Of a stretch of 64,000 bases of DNA, positions 1 through 10,398 are shown piece by piece. The DNA comes from a candidate division WOR-3 bacterium (lineage in GTDB: Bacteria; Hydrothermota; 32-111): positions 736,001 to 800,000 of the forward strand of contig JBBFKX010000001.1 of NCBI GenBank assembly GCA_037481815.1, read 5' to 3'. Position numbers and translations under genes: made by a program. The first letter of the stretch is position 1; each line of letters starts with the position of its first letter. Under the pieces are notes generated by a model. It ran no database searches, was not told the DNA's origin, and saw nothing but the letters and a program-made list of their open reading frames with translations.

Positions 1-327
1 TATAAAATCTTTATCAAACTCATTAAAAGTAGAATATGTTGAAACAAGGATTATTAGATCAGTTTTTCCCAAAACCTCAAGAGATTTTTTAACTCTCTCC
101 TTTCCAAGTTCACCCTCATCATCTATCCCTGCAGTATCTACAATGTAAACAGGTCCGAGTGGTAAAATTTCCATCCTTTTTCCAACAGGGTCGGTAGTTG
201 TTCCAGGAATATCTGAAACTATAGCGATCTTCTGGCCTGTTAAACTGTTGATCAGAGAAGATTTTCCAACATTTCTTTTACCAAAAATTCCTATGTGGGG
301 AGCCATCGAAAGTAATTCTTTTTTCAT
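1..327 (-). CDS. hydF: [FeFe]-hydrogenase maturation GTPase HydF (5' part, runs off window edge)
   Basis: Hand translation from ATG 327: MKKELLSMAPHIGIFGKRNVGKSSLINSLTGQKIAIVSDIPGTTTDPV...DTAGIDDEGELG. G1/G2/G3 GTPase motifs typical of HydF; directly downstream of hydG. Confidence 0.93.
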   Translation of the reverse strand, partial: MKKELLSMAPHIGIFGKRNVGKSSLINSLTGQKIAIVSDIPGTTTDPVGKRMEILPLGPVYIVDTAGIDDEGELGKERVKKSLEVLGKTDLIILVSTYSTFNEFDKDFI

Positions 328-335
328 AAAAACCT

Positions 336-1733
336 CTAAAAGTAAAGATCTCTTTTTCCTTCTTTTGTTTTTTTAACCTTTTCTAAAAACTTTTTCTTTA
401 AAGGAGAATCTTCCATCTTTGAAATCTCTTCCTCAACAAGTTTGTATCCTATTTCTCTTGTTTTTTCCGATGCATAATCTTCAAGGTATTCGATGAAGGT
501 CAAAATAGCGTTTGGCTGACAGAATGTATGTATATGACCACCTTTTGCCTCACTCATGAAATGAGCTCCTGTTCTTCCACTTCTATAACAGGAAGTGCAG
601 AATGAAGGGATATAACCGAGTGATGCTATATCCTGTATCACCTCATCAAGTGAACGCGTATCCCCGATTGTGAACTGTTGCATATCTGGTTTGTTGCACA
701 AAGCATCATGGTAAGCACCAGGATATGTTCTTGAACCAGCACTGATCTGTGAGACACCAAGTTTGAAAAGTTCCCTTCTAAAATCTGCTGTCTCACGTGT
801 TGAAAGTATCAGACCGGTATATGGAACAGCTATTCTGAGTATCGCTACAATCTTTTTAAAATCATCGTTTGTTATTTCAACTGGAGGATGTTCTGAAAGT
901 GGTGCTCCAAGTGCAGGTTCAATCCTTGGGAAAGATATTGTGTGTGGTCCTACACCAAAAACTTTTTCAAGGTGTTCAGCGTGCTGAATCAAAGCCATAA
1001 CCTCAAACCTGTAATCATAGAGTCCAAACAAGACTCCCATAGCCACATCATCGATACCTGCTTCTTGAGCTCTATCAAGAGCATACAACCTGTAAAGGTA
1101 ATCCCTCTTCTTCCCACCCAAATGAACCTTTTCGTATGTTTTTCGATGGTATGTTTCCTGAAAACACTGGTAAGTTCCAATACCTGAACTCTTCAAAATT
1201 TTAAAATCCTCAACATCCATAGGTGCAACATTAACATTGATCCGTCTGATCTCTCCATTTTTTGATTTAACAGAGTAAGCTGCAAGTATGGTATCCTTTA
1301 TCCAATCAGCTTTAAATTGCGGATGTTCTCCATATACCATCAGAATCCTTTTATGACCTTCATCTTCAAGGATTTTTACCTCTTCTTTAATCTCGTCCAT
1401 ATTCAATGTTCTTCTGTTCAAATCCTTGTTATCTGCACGGAAACCACAATAAGCACAGACATTGCCACAAACATTTGTAACATAAAGTGGAGCAAAAATC
1501 ACAAGGCGATTTCCATAGATTTCCTCTTTTATTTTTAAAGCCAGAGAAAACATCTTTTCTTTCAACTCTTCATCATCGTTCTGTAAAAGAACAAAAACAT
1601 CTTCAACTGAAAGACCTTTTCTCTCTTCACCTTTTTTTAAAACTTCTAAAACTTCATTTCTTGAAGGTTTTCTGTTCTCTTTTATAAGATTATCAAGATA
1701 CTCCTGATCTATAAAATCTTTTAACTCCTTCAT
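336..1733 (-). CDS. hydG: [FeFe]-hydrogenase H-cluster radical SAM maturase HydG
   Basis: CxxxCxxC (CGNVCAYC), FQETYH, and C-terminal auxiliary-cluster motif FCTSCYR...FCQPNA; adjacent to hydF. Confidence 0.95.
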   Translation of the reverse strand: MKELKDFIDQEYLDNLIKENRKPSRNEVLEVLKKGEERKGLSVEDVFVLLQNDDEELKEKMFSLALKIKEEIYGNRLVIFAPLYVTNVCGNVCAYCGFRADNKDLNRRTLNMDEIKEEVKILEDEGHKRILMVYGEHPQFKADWIKDTILAAYSVKSKNGEIRRINVNVAPMDVEDFKILKSSGIGTYQCFQETYHRKTYEKVHLGGKKRDYLYRLYALDRAQEAGIDDVAMGVLFGLYDYRFEVMALIQHAEHLEKVFGVGPHTISFPRIEPALGAPLSEHPPVEITNDDFKKIVAILRIAVPYTGLILSTRETADFRRELFKLGVSQISAGSRTYPGAYHDALCNKPDMQQFTIGDTRSLDEVIQDIASLGYIPSFCTSCYRSGRTGAHFMSEAKGGHIHTFCQPNAILTFIEYLEDYASEKTREIGYKLVEEEISKMEDSPLKKKFLEKVKKTKEGKRDLYF

Positions 1734-2005
1734 TTTTTCTCCTTTTTTATCAAAGTTGATGAAACTCTTACGCCCTTTAATCTTCCAAGTTTTCCAGTCA
1801 TTGCACCGATATCATCATTTGTCCCTTCAACTATCAGGGATATCGCGCAAAAATTTTCTCCAATGTTCGGTATCCCCATCCTCCCTCTGATGATGTAACC
1901 ATAATCTGTTAATATTTGGTTTACATTCTGGGATTGTTCCAATCTGTTTTCAATAATAATCCCTATAACCCCAATCCTTAAATCTTCTTTTGTTTTTTCT
2001 TCCAT
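1730..2005 (-). CDS. TM1266-family putative iron-only hydrogenase system regulator (ACT/NikR-C-like)
   Basis: IGVIGIIIENR..VNQILTDYG..IRGRMGIP..ISLIVEG..GKLGRLKGV; overlaps hydG start; SD GAGGAG. Confidence 0.88.
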   Translation of the reverse strand: MEEKTKEDLRIGVIGIIIENRLEQSQNVNQILTDYGYIIRGRMGIPNIGENFCAISLIVEGTNDDIGAMTGKLGRLKGVRVSSTLIKKEKK

Positions 2006-2089
2006 ATTTTTCTCCTCGGACTCAAAAAATCTTGTCCTCAGTATTTTCGGTTCCTTGGCTTCGTTTTTAACTCCACCTCAGATAGTAAT

Positions 2090-2117
2090 ATTTTAACTAA
2101 AAAACTCAATTAGTCAA
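2090..2117 (-). promoter_or_regulatory. sigma70-type promoter for hyd maturation operon
   Basis: TTGACT (2117-2112), 16-bp spacer, TAAAAT (2095-2090). Confidence 0.55.
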
Positions 2118-2173
2118 CATAAAAATACCTTTCATTAAATAAAATAATTCTTAAAAATCTAAAACTAATTAAA

Positions 2174-2704
2174 TCAATTAAATAAATAGAAATATAGTTT
2201 TCCCGGAATTTTGCTATTTTTAAAACAAAATTCAATTTCTTTAAATAAAATCTTTTTATCTCCAATTTTTTTATCTATTTTATTTAAATGCTTCTTCCAT
2301 TTATCCTCGTCTGATAATGGGAAAACAACAAATAATATTGCTTTTTTATAATTTTTTTTATTAATTATTTTGCATATATCATTTATTATTCCATCTATGT
2401 TATCAGTTATTGCACAAAATTTTTTTTCAACATTATCATATTTATAATTTGTAGTTACTGTTTTTAATTCAATTAGATAATTATCAAAAAAAACATCTAC
2501 CTTCTTTTTACCAATACTATGTTCTATTCTCACATCTTTATTTTTAGATTTCAGAATATCAACCAATTCAACTTTTAACCATCCTTCGAATTTTGATCTT
2601 TGTCTTGCAAAAATAGATAATCCCTTTTTTTCTTCGATTCTTTTTACTAATTTGTTTAAAATGTTTTCAAACAATTCTTTTTCATTAGTTTTAGTTGTTA
2701 CAAT
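2174..2704 (-). CDS. Hypothetical protein with PD-(D/E)XK nuclease-like motif; start either TTG 2674 or ATT 2704
   Basis: FEGWLKVEL...IE...KVDVFFDNYLIELK resembles an E-xn-D-xn-ELK catalytic pattern. SD AAGGAG lies 6 nt before the in-frame ATT at 2704. Confidence 0.6.
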   Translation of the reverse strand: MVTTKTNEKELFENILNKLVKRIEEKKGLSIFARQRSKFEGWLKVELVDILKSKNKDVRIEHSIGKKKVDVFFDNYLIELKTVTTNYKYDNVEKKFCAITDNIDGIINDICKIINKKNYKKAILFVVFPLSDEDKWKKHLNKIDKKIGDKKILFKEIEFCFKNSKIPGKLYFYLFN

Positions 2705-2740
2705 AATTTTCTCCTTTGTGAAGTTTTTTACTTTTTTTTA

Positions 2741-4945
2741 TCATCTTAATATCAACACCTTTGTGTTTATTTCTGTTTTTCCCATCTTTCCCTTTATAAA
2801 ATATTCTCCTGTCGGGTAATTTTGCTTCTTTATTGTCACCTTTCTATACCCCTTCTCTATCTTTCCATCGTATAACTTTTTCAACTCTCTTCCAGTCTTA
2901 TCATATATACTAACATCCAACTTACTCTCTTCACTTACCCCAAAATATATCTCTACATCTGAAACATTATACTTTATAAAATAGTTGTTTGTTTTTACCT
3001 CTGCTTTATTTATATTCTTTTCACTTATTCCACTCAACAGAAGGTTTTTGTATATCTGTAATCCACAACCACCATCAGCAACATATGCATAACTGCCTGA
3101 TACATAGACTCTATAAGCCCGACTGGGTGTCTCATAATATCCAACTTCTATTGGATTTGTTGGATCACTTACATCTATTATTCTTAAACCACAATCATAA
3201 TCAGCAACATATGCATAACTGCCCAAGACATAGACATCATAAGCCCAATCGGGTGTATCATAATAGCCAACTTCTGTTGGATTTGTTGGATCACTTACAT
3301 CTATTATTCTTAAACCACAATTATAATCAGCAATATAGGCATAACTACCTGACACAAAAACACCATAAGCGTAACCTGGAGTATTACAAGAACCAACCAC
3401 TATTGGTACTGCTGGGTTATTTACTTTAATTATTTTTAAACCATACATACCGTTAGCCAAATATGCATAATCACCTGAAATATATATATCAATAATATCT
3501 GCCATTTCTAAATAGCTAACTTCTGATGGTTTTTGAGGATCACTAATATTTATTACCCTTAATCCATTACTTGCTACAAAAGCATAAATACCTTTAGTAA
3601 ATACACTTAATGTATAACCTGCCTCATAATAACCAATTTCTTGAGGTTTAGTTGAGTTACTTATATCAATAATTCTAAAACCATAACTACCATCAGAAAC
3701 AAAAGCATAATTTCCAGACACAAAAACTCTTAATGCAGAACCTGGAGTTTCACAATAACCAACCTCTACAGTTTTAGATAGCTCACTTATATCTATTATC
3801 CTTAAACCATCCATATTATTTGTAATATAAGCATAACTGTCTGATAAATAGACATCATTTACATGAGAGGGAATTCTAAAAAATGCAACTTCTTCTATAC
3901 TTGAAAGATTGCTTTTATTTATTATTCTTAATCCATAATTCATATCAACAATATAAACAAATTCCATTGATACAAAGATACTCATAGGATAACCAATATA
4001 ATAAGAAACAACCTCTTGAGGTGTTGAAGGGTCAGTTATATCTACTATTAACAAATTTACTTCATCAGCAATATAGGCATAATTTTCTGATACATAAATA
4101 TCTTGTGGAAAATCCGCAGTTCTATAATAACCTACTTCTGATGGACTTGCTGGGTTACTTATATCTATTATATTTAATCCATTTTCATATCCAATAACAT
4201 ATGCATAGTTACCTAAGATATAAACACTTCTTGCATCTCCAAATGTTTCAAAATATCCAATCTCAATTGGATTTGAAGGAATAGTTATATCTATTATCCT
4301 TAAACCATTCAAACCATCAGCAACATAGGCATAGTTATCTTTGACAAAAAGACCATAGGCTCGACCCGGCGTATCATAATAGCCAATCTCTAATGGCTCT
4401 ATAGGATTACTTACATCTATTATCCTCAAACCATAACTCCCATCAGCAACTAATGCATAATTACTAATAACAAAGACATCAAAAGAATAACCAGAAGTAA
4501 AATAATAGCCAAGTTTTGTTGGACTGAATAAATTACTTACATCCCATATCTCTAAACCTCCCTGTCCTGCTGCTATATATAACCTTTGTTTTGTATAGTC
4601 ATAATATAAATCCCAAACAATTCCTCTTGTATGTATCAATTCTGAAATTTTTACCGGATTACTATCTGAAACATCAAGTATATATACTCCTCCCCCTGAC
4701 CCCAAAAATGATACTTTTCTTATCGTATCATTAGTAACAGCATAAGATTGTCCAAATGGCCAATTTCCTACAAATGCTATATTCAATGAATCAAAACCTG
4801 CCTTCGTATCTGTTCCACCTTTTATTCCACCCTCTAAGTCTCTATATTCTGCCCATTCAGCAAGATAATTACTCTTGTTTCCTTCCTTACCAAAAATTAT
4901 AACTCCACTCAAAATAATTAAAACTAACACTAAAACCTTTTTCAT
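2741..4945 (-). CDS. Secreted LVIVD-repeat beta-propeller protein with T9SS/Por-type C-terminal domain
   Basis: Signal peptide; roughly 13 repeats of ~42 aa (YAYVAD..GLRIIDVS.P..P.EVGYY); tail IYDKTGRELKKL..G.Y..YPTGEYFIK..KVLILR. Confidence 0.88.
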   Translation of the reverse strand: MKKVLVLVLIILSGVIIFGKEGNKSNYLAEWAEYRDLEGGIKGGTDTKAGFDSLNIAFVGNWPFGQSYAVTNDTIRKVSFLGSGGGVYILDVSDSNPVKISELIHTRGIVWDLYYDYTKQRLYIAAGQGGLEIWDVSNLFSPTKLGYYFTSGYSFDVFVISNYALVADGSYGLRIIDVSNPIEPLEIGYYDTPGRAYGLFVKDNYAYVADGLNGLRIIDITIPSNPIEIGYFETFGDARSVYILGNYAYVIGYENGLNIIDISNPASPSEVGYYRTADFPQDIYVSENYAYIADEVNLLIVDITDPSTPQEVVSYYIGYPMSIFVSMEFVYIVDMNYGLRIINKSNLSSIEEVAFFRIPSHVNDVYLSDSYAYITNNMDGLRIIDISELSKTVEVGYCETPGSALRVFVSGNYAFVSDGSYGFRIIDISNSTKPQEIGYYEAGYTLSVFTKGIYAFVASNGLRVINISDPQKPSEVSYLEMADIIDIYISGDYAYLANGMYGLKIIKVNNPAVPIVVGSCNTPGYAYGVFVSGSYAYIADYNCGLRIIDVSDPTNPTEVGYYDTPDWAYDVYVLGSYAYVADYDCGLRIIDVSDPTNPIEVGYYETPSRAYRVYVSGSYAYVADGGCGLQIYKNLLLSGISEKNINKAEVKTNNYFIKYNVSDVEIYFGVSEESKLDVSIYDKTGRELKKLYDGKIEKGYRKVTIKKQNYPTGEYFIKGKMGKTEINTKVLILR
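3070..3350. repeat. Near-identical 126-bp intragenic tandem repeats (LVIVD units)
   Basis: ccaacttct(a/g)ttggatttgttggatcacttacatctattattcttaaaccacaat begins at 3141 and again at 3267 (period 126). Confidence 0.85.
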
Positions 4946-4966
4946 ATTTTCACCCCTATTTTATTC

Positions 4967-6790
4967 TCATCTTATTTTTACAATTTTCTTTGTTATCTCA
5001 ATATCTTTATATTTCACCTTTATAAAATATATCCCATTCTTTAAATGGTTTATTTCTGTCCTATTCTCTCCTTTCCCTTCTCTCTCATCTCTTATCACTA
5101 CACTTCCTTTTATATCATACACCTCCAATTCTCCTCTACCTTTTGTCTCCCATTTTATATATCCCTTATTAACTTCTATTTCTATCCCCACTTCTCCTTC
5201 TTCTCTTTCCACTTCTAATCCGGTTGGTCCAAAACTTCCTCCTATCACTATCGGTTTACTTGTTGCTAATAAAGGATATTCAAAACTCCTTATTGTTACT
5301 CCATCAGGATATATAGTATCCCCTACCTCTACCGTCGGTGGCGATAGTATCTCTGTTAACTCTATATACAACACACTCTTCCCACCCTCTTTCTCCCATC
5401 TGCATGTGTCAAGATATTTCCCATTTGCAAGATAACTGTGCCCTCCTGATAACCTCAATATGCTATCTATATTGCTCTTATTTATTCTTGGCTCTGTTGT
5501 TAAACCTGAAAACTCTATCCTTATATAATCATCATAATCAACTCCACTCCCAACTATCACTCCATCGCTCGCCTCTGCCTTCACCATATCTGGCGCTGAT
5601 GGATCTCTTGTTGTATCACATTCAAATACCCTCGTCAGTGTCGTAGAAGAAATTCCACAACCACTGAATATTATCTCTTTTATCCCATTATTGTTAAAAT
5701 CATGACATAAAAGATGACTCTCTATAGTGTAGTATGTCGGATCAGTCCATTCCCATATCCTTACAAACTGATTATCACCTTTCGCTTTCCATACCTCAAG
5801 ATGTCTACCTCCACTTATCACTATCTCATTTATCCCATCTCCATCTATATCTCCATAATCTATATCCCCTCCACATTTATCCATAAAATTGGTCATCACT
5901 TCAAAATGTCTGTTAAAAATTGTATCAAAAATCCCTCCTCTCTCTTCATATATCAAATATCCATACGATGTAGGATATCCAACATAGTCAATTTGGTATT
6001 TCATTATCTCTTTGACTCCATCTCTATCTATATCTGGTAATATTAGTAATTTTAAAGAAGCATAACCACTTTCCGTAATTGAGTCAACCTTTACAAAAAA
6101 AGTATCCATCATATCTGTAGATTCATAAATATATACATAATTGATACGCGATTTAAACACAACATCAGTTAATCCATTTCCATTTATATCTCCAATATCC
6201 ATTGCTGATCCCACACTTATGCTCTCAGCATATGTGTTCAATATCTCATACTGGTTATCTCCAATGCAAGTATAGTAATACCAGCCATATGCTTTTGTTG
6301 GCCATGCTAACCATGGTATTCCAGATCCACATATCCTGTCTACTCCATCTCCCTTCAACTTGTTAGTTATACTAAGATAATATATTGATTTGTGTAATGT
6401 ATCACTCTGCCATACCAAATTATCAAAAAATGATGTGCTTTCACTCTGTTCATATAACCATAACATTTTACTTCCTGTCTTTATCAATCCAATCTCCTCT
6501 AATCCATCTGTATCTAAATCTCCTATACCAAAGGTAAATATAAAATCATAATTTGTGTCTAAAGGTATTGAATCAATTAATCTAAAACTATCTTTGAACT
6601 CATAAAAATATACCCCTCTCGCTATATCATTTATAATCAATTCGTCATTCCCATTCCTGTTAAAATCACTCGCATAAGGACCATTTCTTGTCATGTGTCC
6701 TTTATTTATATACTGATTTTGTTCAAAAGCTAAACTTGACAATATTACACCTGTTATCATTATTAATACCATTAAAATCATCTTTTTCAT
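4967..6790 (-). CDS. Secreted FG-GAP/VCBS-repeat protein with T9SS-type C-terminal domain
   Basis: Signal peptide; repeated DxD/NxDG motifs (DFNRNGNDE, GDLDTDGLEE, GDINGNGLTD, DIDRDGVKE, GDIDGDGINE); tail VYDIKGS..LKNGIYFIKV..KKIVKIR. Confidence 0.85.
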   Translation of the reverse strand: MKKMILMVLIMITGVILSSLAFEQNQYINKGHMTRNGPYASDFNRNGNDELIINDIARGVYFYEFKDSFRLIDSIPLDTNYDFIFTFGIGDLDTDGLEEIGLIKTGSKMLWLYEQSESTSFFDNLVWQSDTLHKSIYYLSITNKLKGDGVDRICGSGIPWLAWPTKAYGWYYYTCIGDNQYEILNTYAESISVGSAMDIGDINGNGLTDVVFKSRINYVYIYESTDMMDTFFVKVDSITESGYASLKLLILPDIDRDGVKEIMKYQIDYVGYPTSYGYLIYEERGGIFDTIFNRHFEVMTNFMDKCGGDIDYGDIDGDGINEIVISGGRHLEVWKAKGDNQFVRIWEWTDPTYYTIESHLLCHDFNNNGIKEIIFSGCGISSTTLTRVFECDTTRDPSAPDMVKAEASDGVIVGSGVDYDDYIRIEFSGLTTEPRINKSNIDSILRLSGGHSYLANGKYLDTCRWEKEGGKSVLYIELTEILSPPTVEVGDTIYPDGVTIRSFEYPLLATSKPIVIGGSFGPTGLEVEREEGEVGIEIEVNKGYIKWETKGRGELEVYDIKGSVVIRDEREGKGENRTEINHLKNGIYFIKVKYKDIEITKKIVKIR

Positions 6791-6810
6791 AAAATTATCC
6801 CCCTAAATAC

Positions 6811-6844
6811 AAAGGCTGGATAGGTATTTACCTATTCAGCCTTT
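6811..6844 (-). terminator. Intergenic stem-loop (terminator/attenuator or mRNA-stability element)
   Basis: aaaggctggataggta-tt-tacctattcagccttt, 16-bp arms with one mismatch. On the minus strand the stem ends in TTT followed by GTATTT. Confidence 0.6.
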
Positions 6845-6859
6845 ATTCTATTCCTAAAT

Positions 6860-9800
6860 TTACTTTATTATATTTATCTTCCTTGTCTCTCCCTTCTCTC
6901 CATCTCTTATCCTAACAAAATATATTCCACTCTTCTGAACTAATCCTATCCCTATTTCGTTCAACCCAGCCTTCACCTGCGATTTCATTATTCCCAATCT
7001 GCTTCCTCTTATATCGTATACCTCTATCTCCACTTCACCTTCTCTGTCTGATATATAACTAACCTTTAATCCTTCTTTTTTACCCTTAACTTCCGTTGTC
7101 TCTGTCATATTTACTGCTTGTAATACCTTAACTTTGTTTGCTGTTACTATTTCATTCTCCCCTTCCGTTTCATACTGGTATACCTCTACCTTCGATACCC
7201 TGTTTGGATTCCCCTTCTTCCTATCTATACTTATCACTATCTTGTTATCTTCATATATCCCTTTAGGTAGTACTATCTCCGTTGTATCCTCTCTGTTTGC
7301 ATGTCCATACACTACCCCATACACCTCTCCATCTATCTGGATTATCTGTGGCTTCACAGGACTCCCTTCTGATGTTATCACTCTCACATTGTAGCTCATC
7401 TCAGGATCAAGTCCAACTATCGTCGTGTTCAACCTCTCTACCGGCTCTTTCCTACCAAGGTAATTGTTGTCATACAAAGGTGATGTTGTAACTCTCTCTA
7501 TCGTATCCTGTGGCAATGATATTACATATGGTACCGGTTCTGTTTTATACGATACCTCTTTCATGTTCAATCTATAAAATCCATTCTCTCCTTCCGTCCA
7601 TATGAAAAATCCTTTTCTGTTGGTATAAGTATCTTTAAAGTTAACATCATAACTAAATATTGAATCAGTTGTCTCTCTTATTATATTCTGCTCTATTGTT
7701 AATCCATATCCAGGTTCACTTATGAGTTTCTTATCATTGTTAACATAAAGATGAAGATAATTGTTCTTAACCTTTGGATACTTATTTACCCCTATGAATG
7801 TGTTTATCCTCTCTGGCTCTGTTAAAAATCCATCTATCATCTTTGCTTTCCATATATCTCTTGTTCCATCAATATTTATCACTTCATAAGCAAATGTTGT
7901 TACCTCTCCATAATAATCTGCTGTAGGTGCATTGCAAACCTGCCCTGATTTATTAATTGTGCTCAATTCAGTCCATTGGCCATAAGAATTATTCCAATCT
8001 TTTTTCATATAATTTTTTGTTGTGTCTATAAAACCTATTAGATGTGATATTGAAGTAGATGATATATCATAAAATAATGAAAATACTGGGGATTTCATTG
8101 GAACTTTATTATCTTCTCCATAATATGATACAACAGTATCAAAAACTAATGTGCCTATATCTATGCCTTCCATACTCCCAAGAATATAATCCCCTCTCTC
8201 TATGTTTAAATATCTGTTCCCTATATATCCCATATATGTCTTATCTGTTGTATAATTGTAGCCAACAACCGGCTCCGTAAACCATACTGTCGGTGATATA
8301 AGTGTATCAACCGGTGTCCATGGGCTATGTTTAATCGAATACCAAAATGTGCTTTCACCTTCTTTCCATATAGCTATTAATCCATCTTTTGTTCTCGTTA
8401 ACGCTGGTTCTTTCCCCTTTCCTAATATCTCCAATTCCCAAGTCTGTCCAAAATCCTCACTCCTTCCATACACCACACTGTCTCCAGTCGTATACAACAT
8501 CTCCATCTCATCAGTATTAGGTTTCCTCACTATATGCTCCTGATTGTTCCTCCCAAATGCCCCTCTTACATTGCTCCACAAGTAGGGAGTTATTGTACTG
8601 CTATATTTAACAAAGCCCTTTTTGTCTATTATAATTTGCAATGCCCTATTAGATTTCAAATAGGCAGAAAAATTAATATTACCATTAGTATCTGTTAATC
8701 CAGAAACATTGTAAGCACCAATATTGTCAGTTATTATTACTGATGCATCAGGAACATTTTCAATTATTATTTGTTTTGGCTCAGGTTCAATAACAGGAAG
8801 TTCATACTCGGTTTGAACTTTAATACTAAATAAATTATTTTTCAATACAGGACATTCTTTAGGATAACTAACTTTAAATAATCTGTAATCTACCTTTACT
8901 TCTTGTTTCTCTATCTGATCAGTAGTTATTTCATTTTTTGATACTATGTAAATAGGAAATGTATCTTCTTTTAAAATCTCAAATATAACTTTCCCTGTTT
9001 CATCTGGTTTCTTTATGTCACTAATTCTTATTCCATTTTTATCTTCAATATAAACTTGTGCATCATTTCCATTGCCATCCATATTGTAAAAAGGACCTCT
9101 ATCTCCATAATCTTTTTTCAATACAACAGAAATTTCGGTTTTATCTTCATATTTTAACTTTTCTGGAGTATATGTCATTGTGAATCTATACCCATTTTTT
9201 AAATGCTCTATTACTTCCAATCCATTTTTGTAAGATGCTGTGTAAATTATATTGTCTACAGGACAAACACCTATTGATCCAAAACTGGTATACAACGATC
9301 CATAATGCCCTATATGTTTAATATTGGAAATATCAGTTACATCGAATACTATTAAACCAAAAGATTTTAAACCTACATATGCTATTTTCATTTTATCAGA
9401 ATTTACTATAAATGCGCTACCTTCTTCTGGGACATAATAAGAATCTCTATATTGTTTAACTATTCGAGGATTACTTGAATTAGAAATATCCACTATTGTA
9501 AATCCATTTTTCACATCTATCACATATGCATAGTTCTCTTCAACAAAAACATCGAAGGGTTTACCTGTCATTACATTCCCAACTATCTTTATAGGTGTTT
9601 GGCCAAGTGAATCTAATTTATTTGGAAGTTCAACTATCCGTAAATATCCAGATTCTTCATCTGCCAAATATGCATGATTTCCTACAACATGGACTCCTGA
9701 TGCTAATATACCTTCAATTTTTGCTATCTCTTTATCTCCTTCTAACCAATAAGTACCAAATAAATCACCTTTAATTTTGTAGATAAGAAAGTGTCCCTTT

Positions 9801-10260
9801 GAAGCTACAAATACATAATCATAAAACTCAAATTGATTGATATTTTCTCTTACTACATAGACATCTTTTACTTCTTCAGCATAAGGTTTTAACTGAAAAA
9901 CTTTTGAAGGATTTCTTGGATCTGAAACATCCATTACCACAAGTCCTTGCATATTGTATGCTATAAAGGCATGATTGTCCAAAACTGCAATTTTAAGAGC
10001 ATAATCAGATGAATCAGAAGGTGTAACAATTTGATAACTACTTACTAAGGATGGTTCTAAATGGTTTGATATATCAACTATTTTCATCCCTCCAGAAGCA
10101 GCAGCTATATAAGCATAATTACCAGATACGACCACATCTTCTGCAAATCCGAAGTCAATCCAACCAGTTTTTGTACAATTCAAAGAATCATAAACGATTC
10201 CTTCTTCAGAAGCTATGCAAAGTAATCCATAAAAAATAACTATTGTTATGAGAATAGCCC

Positions 10261-10264
<4 letters not shown>
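6860..10264 (-). CDS. Large secreted LVIVD-repeat / Asp-box protein with T9SS-type C-terminal domain
   Basis: Signal peptide MRAILITIVIFYGLLCIAS; N-terminal LVIVD repeats; Asp-box RSEDFGQTW; tail VYDIRGS..SGIYFVRI..RKINIIK. Confidence 0.85.

Positions 10265-10269
<5 letters not shown>
10243..10269 (-). promoter_or_regulatory. Hairpin sequestering the start codon of the 1134-aa gene
   Basis: mRNA UUGUUAUGAG-GGCUAUU-CUCAUAACAA: perfect 10-bp stem containing the AUG at 10264. Extendable by GGCUA/UAGUU after a UU bulge. Confidence 0.7.
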
Positions 10270-10347
<78 letters not shown>

Positions 10348-10369
10348 ACCACCTCCTTTTTATGAAAAA

Positions 10370-10398
10370 AGATTAAACTATTTTTTTATATTTGTCAA
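10370..10398 (-). promoter_or_regulatory. sigma70-type promoter for leader peptide and secreted-protein block
   Basis: TTGACA (10398-10393), 17-bp spacer, TAATCT (10375-10370), just upstream of the leader SD. Confidence 0.6.

Noticed and set aside
327..338. Stop-codon recoding (alternative genetic code, Sec or Pyl)
   Set aside because: TAA, TAG and TGA all end conserved genes at the expected lengths; no conserved gene is interrupted by an in-frame stop.
336..1733. ThiH rather than HydG
   Set aside because: Has the C-terminal auxiliary-cluster cysteines and lies between the TM1266-type gene and hydF.
3070..4500. LVIVD repeats as a CRISPR array or DGR template/variable repeat pair
   Set aside because: Repeats are in-frame protein units without unique spacers, differences are not adenine-restricted, and there is no cas or reverse transcriptase gene in the window.
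4875..5435. 186-aa plus-strand ORF and similar antisense ORFs (11406..11954, 47442..47699, 49829..50170 and others)
   Set aside because: Shadow frames of well-supported genes on the opposite strand, with no motifs or SD.
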